Source: an uncultured Gammaproteobacteria bacterium (GTDB lineage: Bacteria > Patescibacteriota > Patescibacteriia > Magasanikbacterales > UBA922). Taken from it: a stretch of 64,000 bases of DNA. This document shows positions 1-10,081 of the stretch, one piece after another. The DNA lies in contig CAZTEU010000007.1 of NCBI GenBank assembly GCA_964612105.1, positions 21,008 through 85,007 on the forward strand. Reading direction: 5' to 3'. The notes under the pieces are model-generated. The model saw only the letters and a program-made list of their open reading frames with translations. It made no database searches and had not been told where the DNA came from. A program made the position numbers and the translations under genes. The first letter of the stretch is position 1, and every line of letters begins with the position of its first letter.

Positions 1-9
1 GGATATTAT

Positions 10-91
10 GCTGGTGTGGCGGAATTGGTAGACGCGCCAGGTTTAGGACCTGGTGCCTTCGGGCGTGTGGGTTCGAGTCCCACCACCAGTA
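10..91 (+). tRNA. tRNA-Leu, anticodon UAG, type II with long variable arm; CCA not encoded
   Basis: Acceptor stem GCTGGTG pairs with CACCAGT. D-stem GCG/CGC. Anticodon stem CCAGG/CCTGG with loop TTTAGGA (anticodon TAG, G37). Variable arm TGCCTTCGGGCGTG. T-arm GTGGG-TTCGAGT-CCCAC. Discriminator A. Confidence 0.85.
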
Positions 92-97
92 CAAATA

Positions 98-123
98 AAC
101 TGAGCCTAGTGCTCAGTTTTGTT
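98..123 (+). terminator. Rho-independent terminator after tRNA-Leu
   Basis: Hairpin AAACTGAGC-ctagt-GCTCAGTTT followed by a T-run. Confidence 0.55.
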
Positions 124-247
124 ATACGCTTTGGTATGTCTTGACACGACCTAGTATCTGTGTTAGGTTAAAGCGTCATCCAAAGCAGGAGACCTCAGCT
201 ACGAGAGTGTCGTGGCAGAGACAAAACTTCGGAAGATAGGAGGGTAT

Positions 248-706
248 ATGAGAGTGCGAATTGAAAGGTTTGTCCAGCATGTTCGTGATGGTTTGTTGTA
301 CAAGGGGCACATCACCATCGCCGAGACAACACTACACTACATGTTCGAGTTCCGTATCCCAATCCCTCAGCTCGCCACGTTGGCAGAGTCAGGGGTTGAC
401 CCGGAAGAAGTTCGTAGTAGAATCGTCTTTACGATGAAGCGAGGGGGTGAAAGCATAGAGCTCACAGAAGGAGAGTTGGATGTCTTTTTCAACCTACTTC
501 TTTCTTTCGTGCTGGACTTCTACTACAACCACATGACACGCGTAGCCAATGAAGGGTCTTTCGGTACGGCGCTTCATGGCGAAGGACCAATGGCACAGTT
601 TGGAGTAGAAGTGTCAGCTGGAGTCAGAGGTACGGCAACGTGCGAGTTCTCGGAAGTGGCTCGCGAGATGCTGAGCTCCCAGAAGTTCGGTTGCGCGCTC
701 GCCTAG
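248..706 (+). CDS. Hypothetical protein, 152 aa, first gene of a G+C-rich island
   Basis: ATG at 248 is preceded by AGGAGGG (238-244). The listed ORF 212..706 starts at an upstream GTG. No recognisable domain. G+C is visibly higher than the surroundings. TTGACA at 141-146 upstream. Confidence 0.5.
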   Translation: MRVRIERFVQHVRDGLLYKGHITIAETTLHYMFEFRIPIPQLATLAESGVDPEEVRSRIVFTMKRGGESIELTEGELDVFFNLLLSFVLDFYYNHMTRVANEGSFGTALHGEGPMAQFGVEVSAGVRGTATCEFSEVAREMLSSQKFGCALA

Positions 707-830
707 ACGAGCGTCCATCGACAGAAAAAAGAGCCCTTTGTGACTTTGTTCACCTGGGGCTCTCTTCTTTTATAGCGTTGCCACAAACAGATTTTGTGTG
801 TATATTAAATACAAATCAAGGAGGGACAGA

Positions 831-1064
831 ATGATTAGGATGCTGGAAGAGATATCAGAAGATGGAGTAAAGAGGAGGATTGTTCGCACAAGCTCCTCTA
901 CACTCAGAGCCTTGGATCATCCACAGCGGAGGATATCAAGGTCATTCAGGTGGGACTCAGATCAGGGAATTCCGCACAGCGCTGTGCAGATTGCTGGATC
1001 TCTCACCAGAGACGAAATACGCGAGCGAATCGACCAGCTCTCTGCAGAAGAGGGTTCTGAGTAA
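831..1064 (+). CDS. Hypothetical small protein, 77 aa, second gene of the G+C-rich island
   Basis: ATG at 831 is preceded by AAGGAGGG (818-825). The listed ORF 798..1064 starts at an upstream GTG. No recognisable domain. Confidence 0.45.
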   Translation: MIRMLEEISEDGVKRRIVRTSSSTLRALDHPQRRISRSFRWDSDQGIPHSAVQIAGSLTRDEIRERIDQLSAEEGSE

Positions 1065-1075
1065 AGGAGAAGGCG

Positions 1076-1106
1076 CAGGTCTGGCAGTATGACACTGCCA
1101 GACCGA
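1076..1106 (+). terminator. Perfect 11-bp-stem hairpin at the 3' edge of the G+C-rich island (no T-tract)
   Basis: GGTCTGGCAGT-atgac-ACTGCCAGACC lies directly after the stop of the 77-aa gene. Composition switches to AT-rich immediately afterwards. Confidence 0.45.
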
Positions 1107-1123
1107 ACCCATAAACGTTTAAT

Positions 1124-1393
1124 ATGATTTCTGACTTGGATTTTTTCTCTGCGTCTAATGACGAAGATATACAAACAATTGATTTACACAAAACTTCTTC
1201 TATCGTAGAAGCTTTGGAAGAATTAGAGATAGAAATATCTCGTTTTTTAGTGGATAAAAAGTATTGTAGAGTTATATACGGAATAGGGGAAGGGAAAATG
1301 TATTCTGCTGTAAAAAAATATTTAGACAATAGTAAATATATTAGTGATTGGAAAGAGGAAAAGTCAGGTGGAAGTTGCATCGTTTTTTTCTAA
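1124..1393 (+). CDS. Smr-domain protein
   Basis: IDLHK...VEALEELE...RVIYGIGEG matches the Smr (small MutS-related) domain pattern LDLHG...VIHGKG. Confidence 0.55.
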   Translation: MISDLDFFSASNDEDIQTIDLHKTSSIVEALEELEIEISRFLVDKKYCRVIYGIGEGKMYSAVKKYLDNSKYISDWKEEKSGGSCIVFF

Positions 1394-1400
1394 ACATTTT

Positions 1401-1409
1401 GGTATAATA
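1401..1409 (+). promoter_or_regulatory. Extended -10 promoter (TGgTATAAT) for the downstream membrane-protein gene
   Basis: tggtataat lies about 25 nt upstream of ATG 1434. No -35 box or SD. This is the typical native-gene pattern in this window. Confidence 0.4.
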
Positions 1410-1433
1410 CTCTTGTAAAATTAATTTTATTAT

Positions 1434-2588
1434 ATGCCAACACCATCACCTGGACCAGGACAAAGCTCTGGTTCTTATACAGAAAAAACAACAAGGAGTT
1501 ATGGTAATCGTATCGTGGGCTCTATAAAAGGAATATTGGTTGGAGCTATACTTTTTGTCGGAGCGTTTGGTTTGTTATTTTGGAATGAAGGACGCGTAGA
1601 TCTTTCTAAACTTGCAGAGCAAGCAGAGCGTATAAGTGCTGTTGAGGTGAATACTGGCTCTAACGGTAAATTTGTTGCTGCAAACGGATTGTTAAAAGCA
1701 ACTCAACCTATTGCAGGAGACGATTACTTTACTGGAGGAGATTATTTGTCTGTAAAGAAAAGTGTAGAGGTATATGCTTGGGTAGAAAACAGCTCCTCTA
1801 AAACAGAATCTAAGGTAGGTGGATCACAGGAAACAGAAACCACTTATTCATATGCTACAGATTGGGTAAGTGAGCCCGCAAACTCTTCTCAGTTTAAAGT
1901 ACCTGCGGGACATGAAAACGTAAACAAAACAGAACAAGATAGTACTACCCATTCAGCTGGAGCAACAGTTGGTGCATATGGATTAAACATAAGCAGTTTA
2001 TCTATACCAAGCTATGAACCTGTAAGCCTCACTGCAGATAATGTAACTCCATTTTATAAAAACAAGATAGTTGGAAAATATATATATCCTGGAGATAGGG
2101 GGAATAAAGCACCTCTAGTGGGGGATGTGAGGATTAGTTATTCTGCTGTCCCATCTAATATTTCTGCTACTGTATTTGGACTAGCACAGGGCAGTCAGAT
2201 AGTAAGATATACAGATGATAAAGGTGATTCATTATACCGTGCGTTTAAAGGAAGCGCAGGCTCTGCAATAAGCCAACTAAAAGGAGAACACAAATTTATG
2301 ACTTGGTTGTTAAGAGGAATTGGTTTTCTACTTATGTGGATTGGTTTAATAATGCTATTTGGACCACTTATTGTACTAGCAGATGTGTTACCTTTGCTTG
2401 GTAAAGTTACAGGTGGTGTTGTTAAGTTGGCTACTTTTGTGATGGCTTTGGTATTATCTGGTGTAACAATTCTAGTATCCATGCTTGTGCATAATATATA
2501 TGCTGTAATTGTTTCTGTATTGGTAGTACTAGTTATAATGATTGTTTGGTTGAAGAAAAAGAAAAAAGGCAAGAAGAAAAAGAAATAA
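1434..2588 (+). CDS. Membrane protein with TMEM43/DUF1625-like architecture (N-terminal TM, large extracytoplasmic region, three C-terminal TMs, Lys-rich tail)
   Basis: Hydrophobic segments at aa 30-50 and three between aa 290-370. WNEGR motif after the first TM. Family assignment is by architecture only. Confidence 0.4.
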   Translation: MPTPSPGPGQSSGSYTEKTTRSYGNRIVGSIKGILVGAILFVGAFGLLFWNEGRVDLSKLAEQAERISAVEVNTGSNGKFVAANGLLKATQPIAGDDYFTGGDYLSVKKSVEVYAWVENSSSKTESKVGGSQETETTYSYATDWVSEPANSSQFKVPAGHENVNKTEQDSTTHSAGATVGAYGLNISSLSIPSYEPVSLTADNVTPFYKNKIVGKYIYPGDRGNKAPLVGDVRISYSAVPSNISATVFGLAQGSQIVRYTDDKGDSLYRAFKGSAGSAISQLKGEHKFMTWLLRGIGFLLMWIGLIMLFGPLIVLADVLPLLGKVTGGVVKLATFVMALVLSGVTILVSMLVHNIYAVIVSVLVVLVIMIVWLKKKKKGKKKKK

Positions 2589-2613
2589 AAGACAGAATAA
2601 AATAAGAAAACAA

Positions 2614-2640
2614 AAAACTCGGTTTATCCGAGTTTTTTAA
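2614..2640. terminator. Bidirectional rho-independent terminator
   Basis: AAAACTCGG-tttat-CCGAGTTTT with T-runs on both strands. Sits between convergent genes. Confidence 0.6.
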
Positions 2641-2872
2641 TTAATTTAATTTTCTCTCCCTTACTTAATTGTTTTATCCTATACTCTTCTTTTAATGCGG
2701 AGGATTTATCCTTCATCTTTTTTGAGTAGACCAGCTTTACAGGTCTTCTTCCTTTTGTAAACTTAGCTCCTATCTTAGAAGAGTTATGTTCTTCTATCCG
2801 TCGCTTAACATCCGTAGTAATTCCAGTGTACAAAGTATTGTCAGCGCATTTTATTATGTAGATGTAGTACAC
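2624..2872 (-). CDS. GIY-YIG nuclease-superfamily protein (YhbQ/UPF0213-like)
   Basis: N-terminal YIYIIKCADNTLYTGIT...RRIEEHN is the GIY-YIG motif. Confidence 0.65.
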   Translation of the reverse strand: MYYIYIIKCADNTLYTGITTDVKRRIEEHNSSKIGAKFTKGRRPVKLVYSKKMKDKSSALKEEYRIKQLSKGEKIKLIKKLG

Positions 2873-2878
2873 AGAAAA

Positions 2879-3430
2879 TTATTGTTTTAATTCAGAAATA
2901 TCTTTATTGCTCATTCCAACAGTAGCTGCATATTGCAGATATTTTATTGAGTTTTCGTGTTGTTCTACATCGTATGAATCTACACAATCTAATGCAAGAA
3001 TTACATCGTAATCACGCTGGTAAGCGTCCAGTGCAGTTGTTCTCACACAAGTCATTGTGTTAATTCCAGCAACAATTAGAGTGTCTATATTTAGTTTGTT
3101 TAACAGCTCTTCTAAATTTGTCTTAAAAAATGAACTATATCTCTTTTTTATAATGCTGTAATCATTTTCATTATAATCTAGTTCAGGTAGAAGCTTGGAG
3201 CCGTCTGTATTTTCTATTGTTACAGACTTATTATTTTTTCTGTTGTACAGTGGTGCGTCTGATAGGTCTTTTTTATATTCTTGACGTACCCAGATTATTG
3301 GAACTTTTCTTTCTCTGGCGATTCCAATGAGCTCGTTTACGTTGTTTACCAACTTTTCTTTATGTTCCTTTAATAATCCTTCCTTAAAGAAATCCTGTTG
3401 TAGATCTATTATAATGAGAGCCTTGTTCAT
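2879..3430 (-). CDS. Isochorismatase-family cysteine hydrolase
   Basis: ALIIIDLQQDF at the N-terminus, a conserved K, and the catalytic-Cys region VAGINTMTCVRTTALDA. Confidence 0.75.
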   Translation of the reverse strand: MNKALIIIDLQQDFFKEGLLKEHKEKLVNNVNELIGIARERKVPIIWVRQEYKKDLSDAPLYNRKNNKSVTIENTDGSKLLPELDYNENDYSIIKKRYSSFFKTNLEELLNKLNIDTLIVAGINTMTCVRTTALDAYQRDYDVILALDCVDSYDVEQHENSIKYLQYAATVGMSNKDISELKQ

Positions 3431-3442
3431 ATTGGCTAGTTA

Positions 3443-3994
3443 TTACAATCCAAAGTCTTCTACACCCTCCATCCTCTCTTTTTCTTTTTCTACTGCATCT
3501 TCTTCTCTAACTCTCAAATTACGTATTCTGTACAGTCTTGCAACAATAGAAATGAATAAGTCTTCTTCCTCTGTATTATCATTTCTTTTATTATCACTAC
3601 CTCCCAAAGGTGTTAGTGGTGTGTGTAATTCTAGATATGAATCTAGTGTGCGCGGTGTTATGTCTTCTCCATCAAGATCTAGTTTGTTTAGGTCTATTTC
3701 TACAGAGTGTAGTTGGTTATCGCTTCCTTTGAACAGCACAAGAGCACTGTCTGAATTTGCACGCATTGTATATGAAGAGCCAACCTTAGTATCCTCCCAA
3801 TTTCTCAACTGTTCACTTCCAAAACTCTCAAAATCTGCAGGAGTAGTAATCTGCTCTTTGTTTTGTGAAAACATTTCCTTAAACTCAGCTCTTATTTTTT
3901 TATCCCTCTCCTTCATAGCATATACCTTTGGGTCTACACCCTCTGGTGGCCCGCCCATAATTCTACCATCTACCATTTTACGCATTCCTCTCAT
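3443..3994 (-). CDS. Hypothetical protein
   Basis: Long minus-strand ORF. The overlapping plus-strand ORF is S/L-rich, as expected for the antisense of AT-rich coding sequence. Confidence 0.45.
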   Translation of the reverse strand: MRGMRKMVDGRIMGGPPEGVDPKVYAMKERDKKIRAEFKEMFSQNKEQITTPADFESFGSEQLRNWEDTKVGSSYTMRANSDSALVLFKGSDNQLHSVEIDLNKLDLDGEDITPRTLDSYLELHTPLTPLGGSDNKRNDNTEEEDLFISIVARLYRIRNLRVREEDAVEKEKERMEGVEDFGL

Positions 3995-4059
3995 ATGTTA
4001 TAAATTATATTAATTATATTATTAATAATAACCGATTAACAAAGAAATATAAAGACCTG

Positions 4060-4386
4060 CTACTTAACATCTATCTTCATCCCACCAAACCACCTAGAAG
4101 TTAGATTGTACAAGAAAGCGCCAACAACACCTGTAACAAAACCAAAGGCAGCAAAATATAGTGGCATTACAGGTATAGCTATTAGCGCAAGTACACTTCC
4201 AAAGTTTAGTCCCACTGTTGTTATGTCTATTATTGCCCCAATTCCAGAATACAATAGCCCATAAACCAGCCCTGCAAATGCCATTACGACTGTTTGTACT
4301 TTTGCATATTGGAGCACCTTTATTTTTTTTGTTTTAGACATAGGTTTTGTTGGTTTTTTTATATCTCTGTTATTATTTATGTTCAT
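4060..4386 (-). CDS. Small integral membrane protein
   Basis: Three hydrophobic helices after a Lys-rich N-terminus. Confidence 0.45.
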   Translation of the reverse strand: MNINNNRDIKKPTKPMSKTKKIKVLQYAKVQTVVMAFAGLVYGLLYSGIGAIIDITTVGLNFGSVLALIAIPVMPLYFAAFGFVTGVVGAFLYNLTSRWFGGMKIDVK

Positions 4387-4762
4387 TAAAATAGCTTGTC
4401 ATATATGGTTCTATTGGTAACCGTAGTATTTCTTCTTTTGTTGCCCACCTATACTCCAAGTGTTCATGGCTCAATTTAACATCACCAGAAAGTATTTCTG
4501 TGGAGTAAACAATAAATCTATGTGAAACTTTTTCCCCATTATTATCGAGATCCATTTCATATGTGCCAACAACTTCTTTTGCTTTTATTTTTAACCCAAC
4601 CTCTTCTATAGCTTCACGCTCTATTCCAATAAAAGAGTCTTCGTTAGCTTCCAACTTACCACCTGGAAAATCCCAGTGTCCTGGAAAATATTTAGCATCT
4701 GGAGCTCTTAGTACAACAAGGAATTTATCTCCTTTTTTAATAATTGCTTTCTGTACGATCAT
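4373..4762 (-). CDS. NUDIX hydrolase
   Basis: Nudix box GHWDFPGGKLEANEDSFIGIEREAIEEVGL. Start chosen at MIVQKAI (4762) rather than the upstream extension to 4876. Confidence 0.75.
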   Translation of the reverse strand: MIVQKAIIKKGDKFLVVLRAPDAKYFPGHWDFPGGKLEANEDSFIGIEREAIEEVGLKIKAKEVVGTYEMDLDNNGEKVSHRFIVYSTEILSGDVKLSHEHLEYRWATKEEILRLPIEPYMTSYFNEHK

Positions 4763-4820
4763 AATATTATGTATTTCTAGTATACGTATTTTATAATAAT
4801 TTGTTAAAAACAGTTTATGA

Positions 4821-4931
4821 TTATGACCCTGCCCATGGAGTTCCAAATATTCCGACAGCAAGTTCTGCCCATGCAAGCAGTAATACTACTACGGAAATAA
4901 CTGTAATGCGGATAATGTTTTTCTTTTTCAT
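4821..4931 (-). CDS. Possible 36-aa single-TM small protein (not in ORF track)
   Basis: ATG at 4931 encodes MKKKNIIRITVISVVVLLLAWAELAVGIFGTPWAGS. CATAAT lies immediately upstream, so a leaderless transcript is possible. Confidence 0.25.
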   Translation of the reverse strand: MKKKNIIRITVISVVVLLLAWAELAVGIFGTPWAGS

Positions 4932-5110
4932 GATTATGAGAGTATATGTAAACTATTGTTATTTGAACTAATCATAAGATATCACATTTTAGTGCTATTT
5001 TCCAAATGTTGGTAGGTCCTCAAAAATCCAGAAATTACCCTCAAAATTCCCCTTAACTTAGGGGTATTCTGTTTACACACCTTATCCCCACCTTTTCCTA
5101 TATACAGCAC

Positions 5111-5139
5111 TTGACAAGATTATCACAATAATATATAAT
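5111..5139 (+). promoter_or_regulatory. Canonical sigma70 promoter of the 23S-5S operon
   Basis: TTGACA (5111-5116), exact 17-nt spacer, TATAAT (5134-5139). Lies about 350 nt upstream of the 23S 5' end. Confidence 0.7.
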
Positions 5140-7558
5140 GTCCGAGCATTAAAAACTCAGTAAATCGCTTTCTTCCGGAACAAAGGAAGCCACGTCCCCA
5201 GTACATTCCGACAACTGTCGGTGCCTAGCTTGGACCTCTGGAATATAAGTAGCAAAATCATGTTACACTCAATCACATATTCTAGATACTCAAGCAGGTA
5301 AGACTACCACATATTTGTCCTACCGCTTTACGCGGTTTTTTTCTTCCCTAATTACCAGTCGTTAGTCTCAGTAATAATTGATTACTAAGATTGTACGGAT
5401 GATAATGACTGATCATTACAATTCAATATCAACAAACAAATGTAAATGTTAAATCTTTAGAAAACACAATTCTGTGTTTTCGTAGTGCGCAATTCAAGAG
5501 CGTACGGTGGATGCCTAGACACGTTTTAACGATGAAGGACGTAGCAACCTGCGAAAAGCTTCGGTGAGGTGGTAAGCAACCTTTGACCCGGAGATCTCCG
5601 AATGGGGGAACCCATGTGGTGTAATGACCACATACCTTATGCCCAATACATAAGCATGAGGGGAAGACCTAGCGAAGTGAAACATCTCAGTAGCTAGAGG
5701 AATAGAAAACAACAAAAGCTTTTTATATTCCATTCTCTTGGTTATTGTCTCGAGCCTTCGGGCAAGAGATAGTGACCATTAGATTGGTAGAAAAGTGTGA
5801 TTCCGTAAGTAGTGGCGAGCGAACGCGGAACAGCCCAAACCTATGTTGTGTTGAGAATGGTACGGTTGTCTTCGGATGATTTAGGCCAAACTCTTAAAGG
5901 ACAGACCGTTGCAATATAGGGGTTGTAGGATACAGTATCGGATATCTGTTATGCCGGACATTATATATTTTGTATAGTCGAATATTACTGGAAAGTAAAA
6001 CCAAAGAAGGTGATAGTCCTGTAGACGAAATGCATTATATATAGTGTGTCTGTACTCCTGAGTAGGGCGGGACACGTGAAATCCCGTCTGAATCTGTCGC
6101 GACTATGCGATAAGGCTAAATATAAAACGTGATCGATAGTGAACCAGTACCATGAGGGAAAGGTGAAAAGCAGCCCGGAGAGGGCGGTGAAATAGTTCCT
6201 GAAACCGTACGTTTACAAAGAGCAGGAGTCCGTAAGGACGACTGTGTTCCTATTGAAGAATGAGCCTGCGAGTATGCTATATGTAGCGAGCTTAAGGACC
6301 TACCAGTCCGAAGGCATAGGGAAACCGAGTCTTAACCGGCGATTTAGTTGCATATACATGACCCGAAACCGAGTGAGCAATCCATGACCAGGTTGAACCC
6401 TAAGTAAGATTAGGGGGAGGACCGAACCCACGCACCGTGCAACATGCGGGGATGAGTTGTGGATAGCGGAGAAATTCTAATCGAACTCGGTAATAGCTGG
6501 TTCTCCTCGAAACAGTTTTAGGACTGGCTGTATGTGTTCCCTCTGGGGGTAGAGCACTGGATGTGGTCGGGGCGGTTCGCCGTACCCACTACAATCAAAC
6601 TCCGAATACCAGAGATTAATAGCATGCAAGTTAGACTGTGGGGGCTAAGCTTCACAGTCGAAAGGGAAACAGCCCAGACCACCAACTAAGGTCCCTAAAT
6701 TAATACTAAGTGTTAAAGGTGGTGTTGATTCTTATACAACCAGGAAGTTGGCTTAGAAGCAGCCATCTTTTAAAGATAGCGTAATAGCTCACTGGTCAAG
6801 AGTCTTCGCGCCGAAAATGTACCGGGGCTAAGTATTATACCGAAGTTGTGGCTTCATATATTATTTATAATGTATGAGGGGTAGAGGAGTATTCTCATCG
6901 CGCCGAAGCCGTATCCGTGAGGAACGGTGGAGCAATGAGAAGTAAGAATGCAGGCACGAGTAGCAAAAATGGGTGTGAAAGTCACCCACGCCGAAAACCC
7001 AAGGTTTCCAGGGCCACGAGAATCGTCCCTGGGTTAGTCGATCCTAAGGCCAGGCCGAAAGGCGTAACCGATGGAAGAGCAGGTTAATATTCCTGCACTT
7101 GGTTGTATGTTGTGAATAGGTGTGCATTTCAAAGATCTGAGCGTTGTATGGCTACACGTCACGCAAGTGGAAGACTGCGATTTCGGTCAAAGTCAATTCA
7201 GGTTGGAGAAGTGCCTAGAAAAGCTTATTCATGTCAAGTACAATCAATCCGTACCGCAAACCGACACAGGTGGGTAGGTCGAGAAGACCAAGGCGCACGA
7301 GAGAAACATTGTTAAGGAACTCGGCAAAACAGCGGCCGTAACTTCGGGATAAGGCCCGCCCCATTTCGGTGGGGCTCAACAAAAGATGTCACGCGACTGT
7401 TTACCAAAAACACAGCTCTCTGCTAAATCGTAAGATGACGTATAGGGGGCGATGCCTGGCCAGTGTCAGAACGTTAAAGGGCGGGGTTATTTCTTCGGAA
7501 AGAAGCTCTAAACTGAAGCGCTGATGAACGCCGGCGGTAACTATAACCGTCCTAAGGT

Positions 7559-8301
7559 CAACTTGTTCATTTCTTGGACAAGTTGAGGACTGGGACGGTT
7601 GTATCAAAGACGCTGCCTCAACTTATAGTAATATAAGATTGGTCCATAAATTGTAGTGATATGCAAGAAAATCCTCAAAAGATTGACGCTACTCATTCAG
7701 CAAAGAATTATTCTGATTGAAGCTGAGTAGTAAAAATGTGTCAGTACACGGGGGCAACTTGCAGGTGCACCATTGCACCTCAGAGACTTATAAACTACTA
7801 TCCTATGACATTAAATCCAAATTGGATAGCCGGATTTGTAGATGGTGAAGGTACCTTTTATATAGGTATCAATAAACAGCCTTCTATGACAGCCGGATAT
7901 CAAGTTTTACCGGAGTTCCGTATCGTTCAACACAAACGTGATATAAAATTGCTTCATCAACTCAGGAAATATTTTGAGTCAGGTGTGGTAAGAGTAAATC
8001 ATGATGATCGATACGAACTTAGAATTCGAAGTCTGGATGAACTACAAAAAGTAGTAATTCCATTCTTTGAAAAATATCCACTTCACACGCAAAAGAAGTT
8101 TGACTTCATTAAGTTCAAGAAAGTAGTTAAATTAATGGGACAAAGAGAACATCTTAGCGCGTCAGGAGTGGTAAAGATCATTGATATAGCGAGTAAAATG
8201 AACAGAGAAGATAAGAAAAAAGCACTTGCGATTAAAGAAATGATCAAAAAGACAGGATAAAGACAAAGTCCATGCTAGCTAGAAATAGTTAGAAGGTCCA
8301 G
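7559..8301 (+). mobile_element. Group I-type intron in 23S (after ...CCTAAGGT, E. coli region about 1917) carrying a homing-endonuclease ORF
   Basis: The exon sequence GGTAACTATAACCGTCCTAAGGT is followed at 7559 by 743 nt of non-rRNA sequence. The exon resumes with AGCGAAATTCCTTGTCGGGT at 8302. The 5' exon ends in T and the intron ends in G. Confidence 0.8.
7805..8260 (+). CDS. LAGLIDADG homing endonuclease (single-motif, I-CreI-like size)
   Basis: LNPNWIAGFVDGEGTFYIGI motif near the N-terminus. About 150 aa. Lies entirely within the 23S intron. Confidence 0.8.
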   Translation: MTLNPNWIAGFVDGEGTFYIGINKQPSMTAGYQVLPEFRIVQHKRDIKLLHQLRKYFESGVVRVNHDDRYELRIRSLDELQKVVIPFFEKYPLHTQKKFDFIKFKKVVKLMGQREHLSASGVVKIIDIASKMNREDKKKALAIKEMIKKTG

Positions 8302-8321
8302 AGCGAAATTCCTTGTCGGGT

Positions 8322-8636
8322 GAATGAAATACTATGCGGGTCACGCAAAAGTATCTCGCCCGAATATTCTGGCAACAGAATACAGCAAACCGACTCATAA
8401 CGGTGAAGCCCTAACTCATAATGGAGAGGGTAATACCGTGGGAAGTCGTTCTGATTTATATCAGAATTGACCCCGTAACGACTGACTCGAAAGAGGAGAC
8501 TCGATATGATAATATAATCGGGTAACACGTCGGCTCTTGCCTCAAAAAGACTTCTACGGAGAAAATTCTCCTACGGATAGTCGGCAAGATGAAGGTATAG
8601 TCTAATCATTATAGTAATATAATGCAATTGGAGTTC
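8322..8636 (+). mobile_element. Second, ORF-less intron in 23S, about 20 nt downstream of the first (boundaries approximate)
   Basis: The 20-nt exon AGCGAAATTCCTTGTCGGGT (8302-8321) is followed by about 315 nt with no rRNA similarity. The exon resumes at ...GAGTTCCGACCCGCACGAATGG (8637 onward). Confidence 0.65.
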
Positions 8637-9147
8637 CGACCCGCACGAATGGCACAACGGTGTGACAACTGTCTTAACAATGTACTCGGCGAAAATGCAA
8701 TTGTCGTGAAGATGCGACATTCACGCAGCAAGACGAAAAGACCCCATGAAGCTTTACTACAGTTTGATATTGATAATTTGCTCTACATGTTCAGCATAGG
8801 TGGGAGCCTTCGGGCACCAGTGAGATACCACCCTTGTATTGTGACTTATCTAACTCTGCACCCTGAATCGGGTATGGGGGACAGTATCTGATGGGTAGTT
8901 TGACTGGGGCGGTGGCCTCCTAAACAATAACGGAGGCGTTTACAAAGGTTAGCTTGGTCCGGATGGAAATCGGACTGGACGTGCAAACGCATAAGCTAGC
9001 TTTACTGCAAGGGCTACCACCCGAGCAGTTACGAAAGTAGAAGTTAGTGATCCGACCGTTCAATATAGGATGGCGGAAGCTCAACGGATAAAAGTTACTC
9101 TGGGGATAACAGGCTGATAGCGCCCAAGCGTCCATAGCGACGGCGCT

Positions 9148-9187
<40 letters not shown>

Positions 9188-9188
9188 A

Positions 9189-9270
<82 letters not shown>

Positions 9271-9610
9271 CTATCTGCTGTGTGCGTTGAATATTGAGGA
9301 AACTCGCCCCTAGTACGAGAGGACCGGGGTGGACGAATCTCTGGTGTACCAGTTGTCCTGCCAAGGGCATAGCTGGGTAGCTAAATTCGGCACGGATAAG
9401 CGCTGAAAGCATCTAAGTGCGAAGCCGTTTCCAAGATTAATATTCGTTTGAGAATCGTTCGAGACTAGGACGTTGATAGGCACCAGGTGTAAGATCTAAC
9501 GATCGTAGCCGAGGTGTACTAATATTTCGAGTGTACTACGGAAACACAGAGTTGTTTTTATTAGATACATTTATATTTTTTGTTGAATAACTCTTCATAC
9601 TGAGTATAGA

Positions 9611-9721
<111 letters not shown>

Positions 9722-9739
9722 TTGTACTCAGTATATAAT

Positions 9740-9767
9740 CCCTGAACCACCCGGTTGAGGGTTTTTT
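9740..9767 (+). terminator. rRNA operon terminator
   Basis: CCCTGAACC-accc-GGTTGAGGG followed by TTTTTT. Confidence 0.6.
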
Positions 9768-9818
9768 GATTATTAAAAATATTTATGATAAAATTCCCCT
9801 ATAATTAAAATAAAGAAT

Positions 9819-10010
9819 ATGGACAAAAGAAAACTGAGCGATGAGCGAGGAGGTAGACAGCCGGAAGAATATCCAATGAATATACCAACCCCACAAATAC
9901 AACCTGCAATTCCTGCAGAAAAACCTGAGCAAGAAATACCGGAAGGTGGGATTCCTGATTTTGAAGAAGTAGCAAAAAGGGATATATTACCACCAATCGC
10001 AGAAGCTTAA
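9819..10010 (+). CDS. Possible small Pro/Glu-rich protein (63 aa)
   Basis: ORF followed by a hairpin AAACTAGCAT-tag-ATGCTAGTTT (10028-10054). No SD and no recognisable domain. Confidence 0.25.
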   Translation: MDKRKLSDERGGRQPEEYPMNIPTPQIQPAIPAEKPEQEIPEGGIPDFEEVAKRDILPPIAEA

Positions 10011-10081
10011 TTTATCTTTTGTTGACAAAACTAGCATTAGATGCTAGTTTTTGTGTACAAACAAAACGCTGGAGGGTTGTT

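Noticed and set aside
1-1130. Search for an attL/attR-type direct repeat of the tRNA-Leu 3' end at the far edge of the first island
   Set aside because: Only a 6-nt match (ATAAAC) was found near 1110. That is too short to call, and the upstream boundary lies outside the window.
3327-4013. 228-aa plus-strand ORF overlapping the 183-aa minus-strand gene
   Set aside because: Ser/Leu/Phe-rich low-complexity translation typical of the antisense frame of AT-rich coding DNA. The minus-strand ORF has more protein-like composition.
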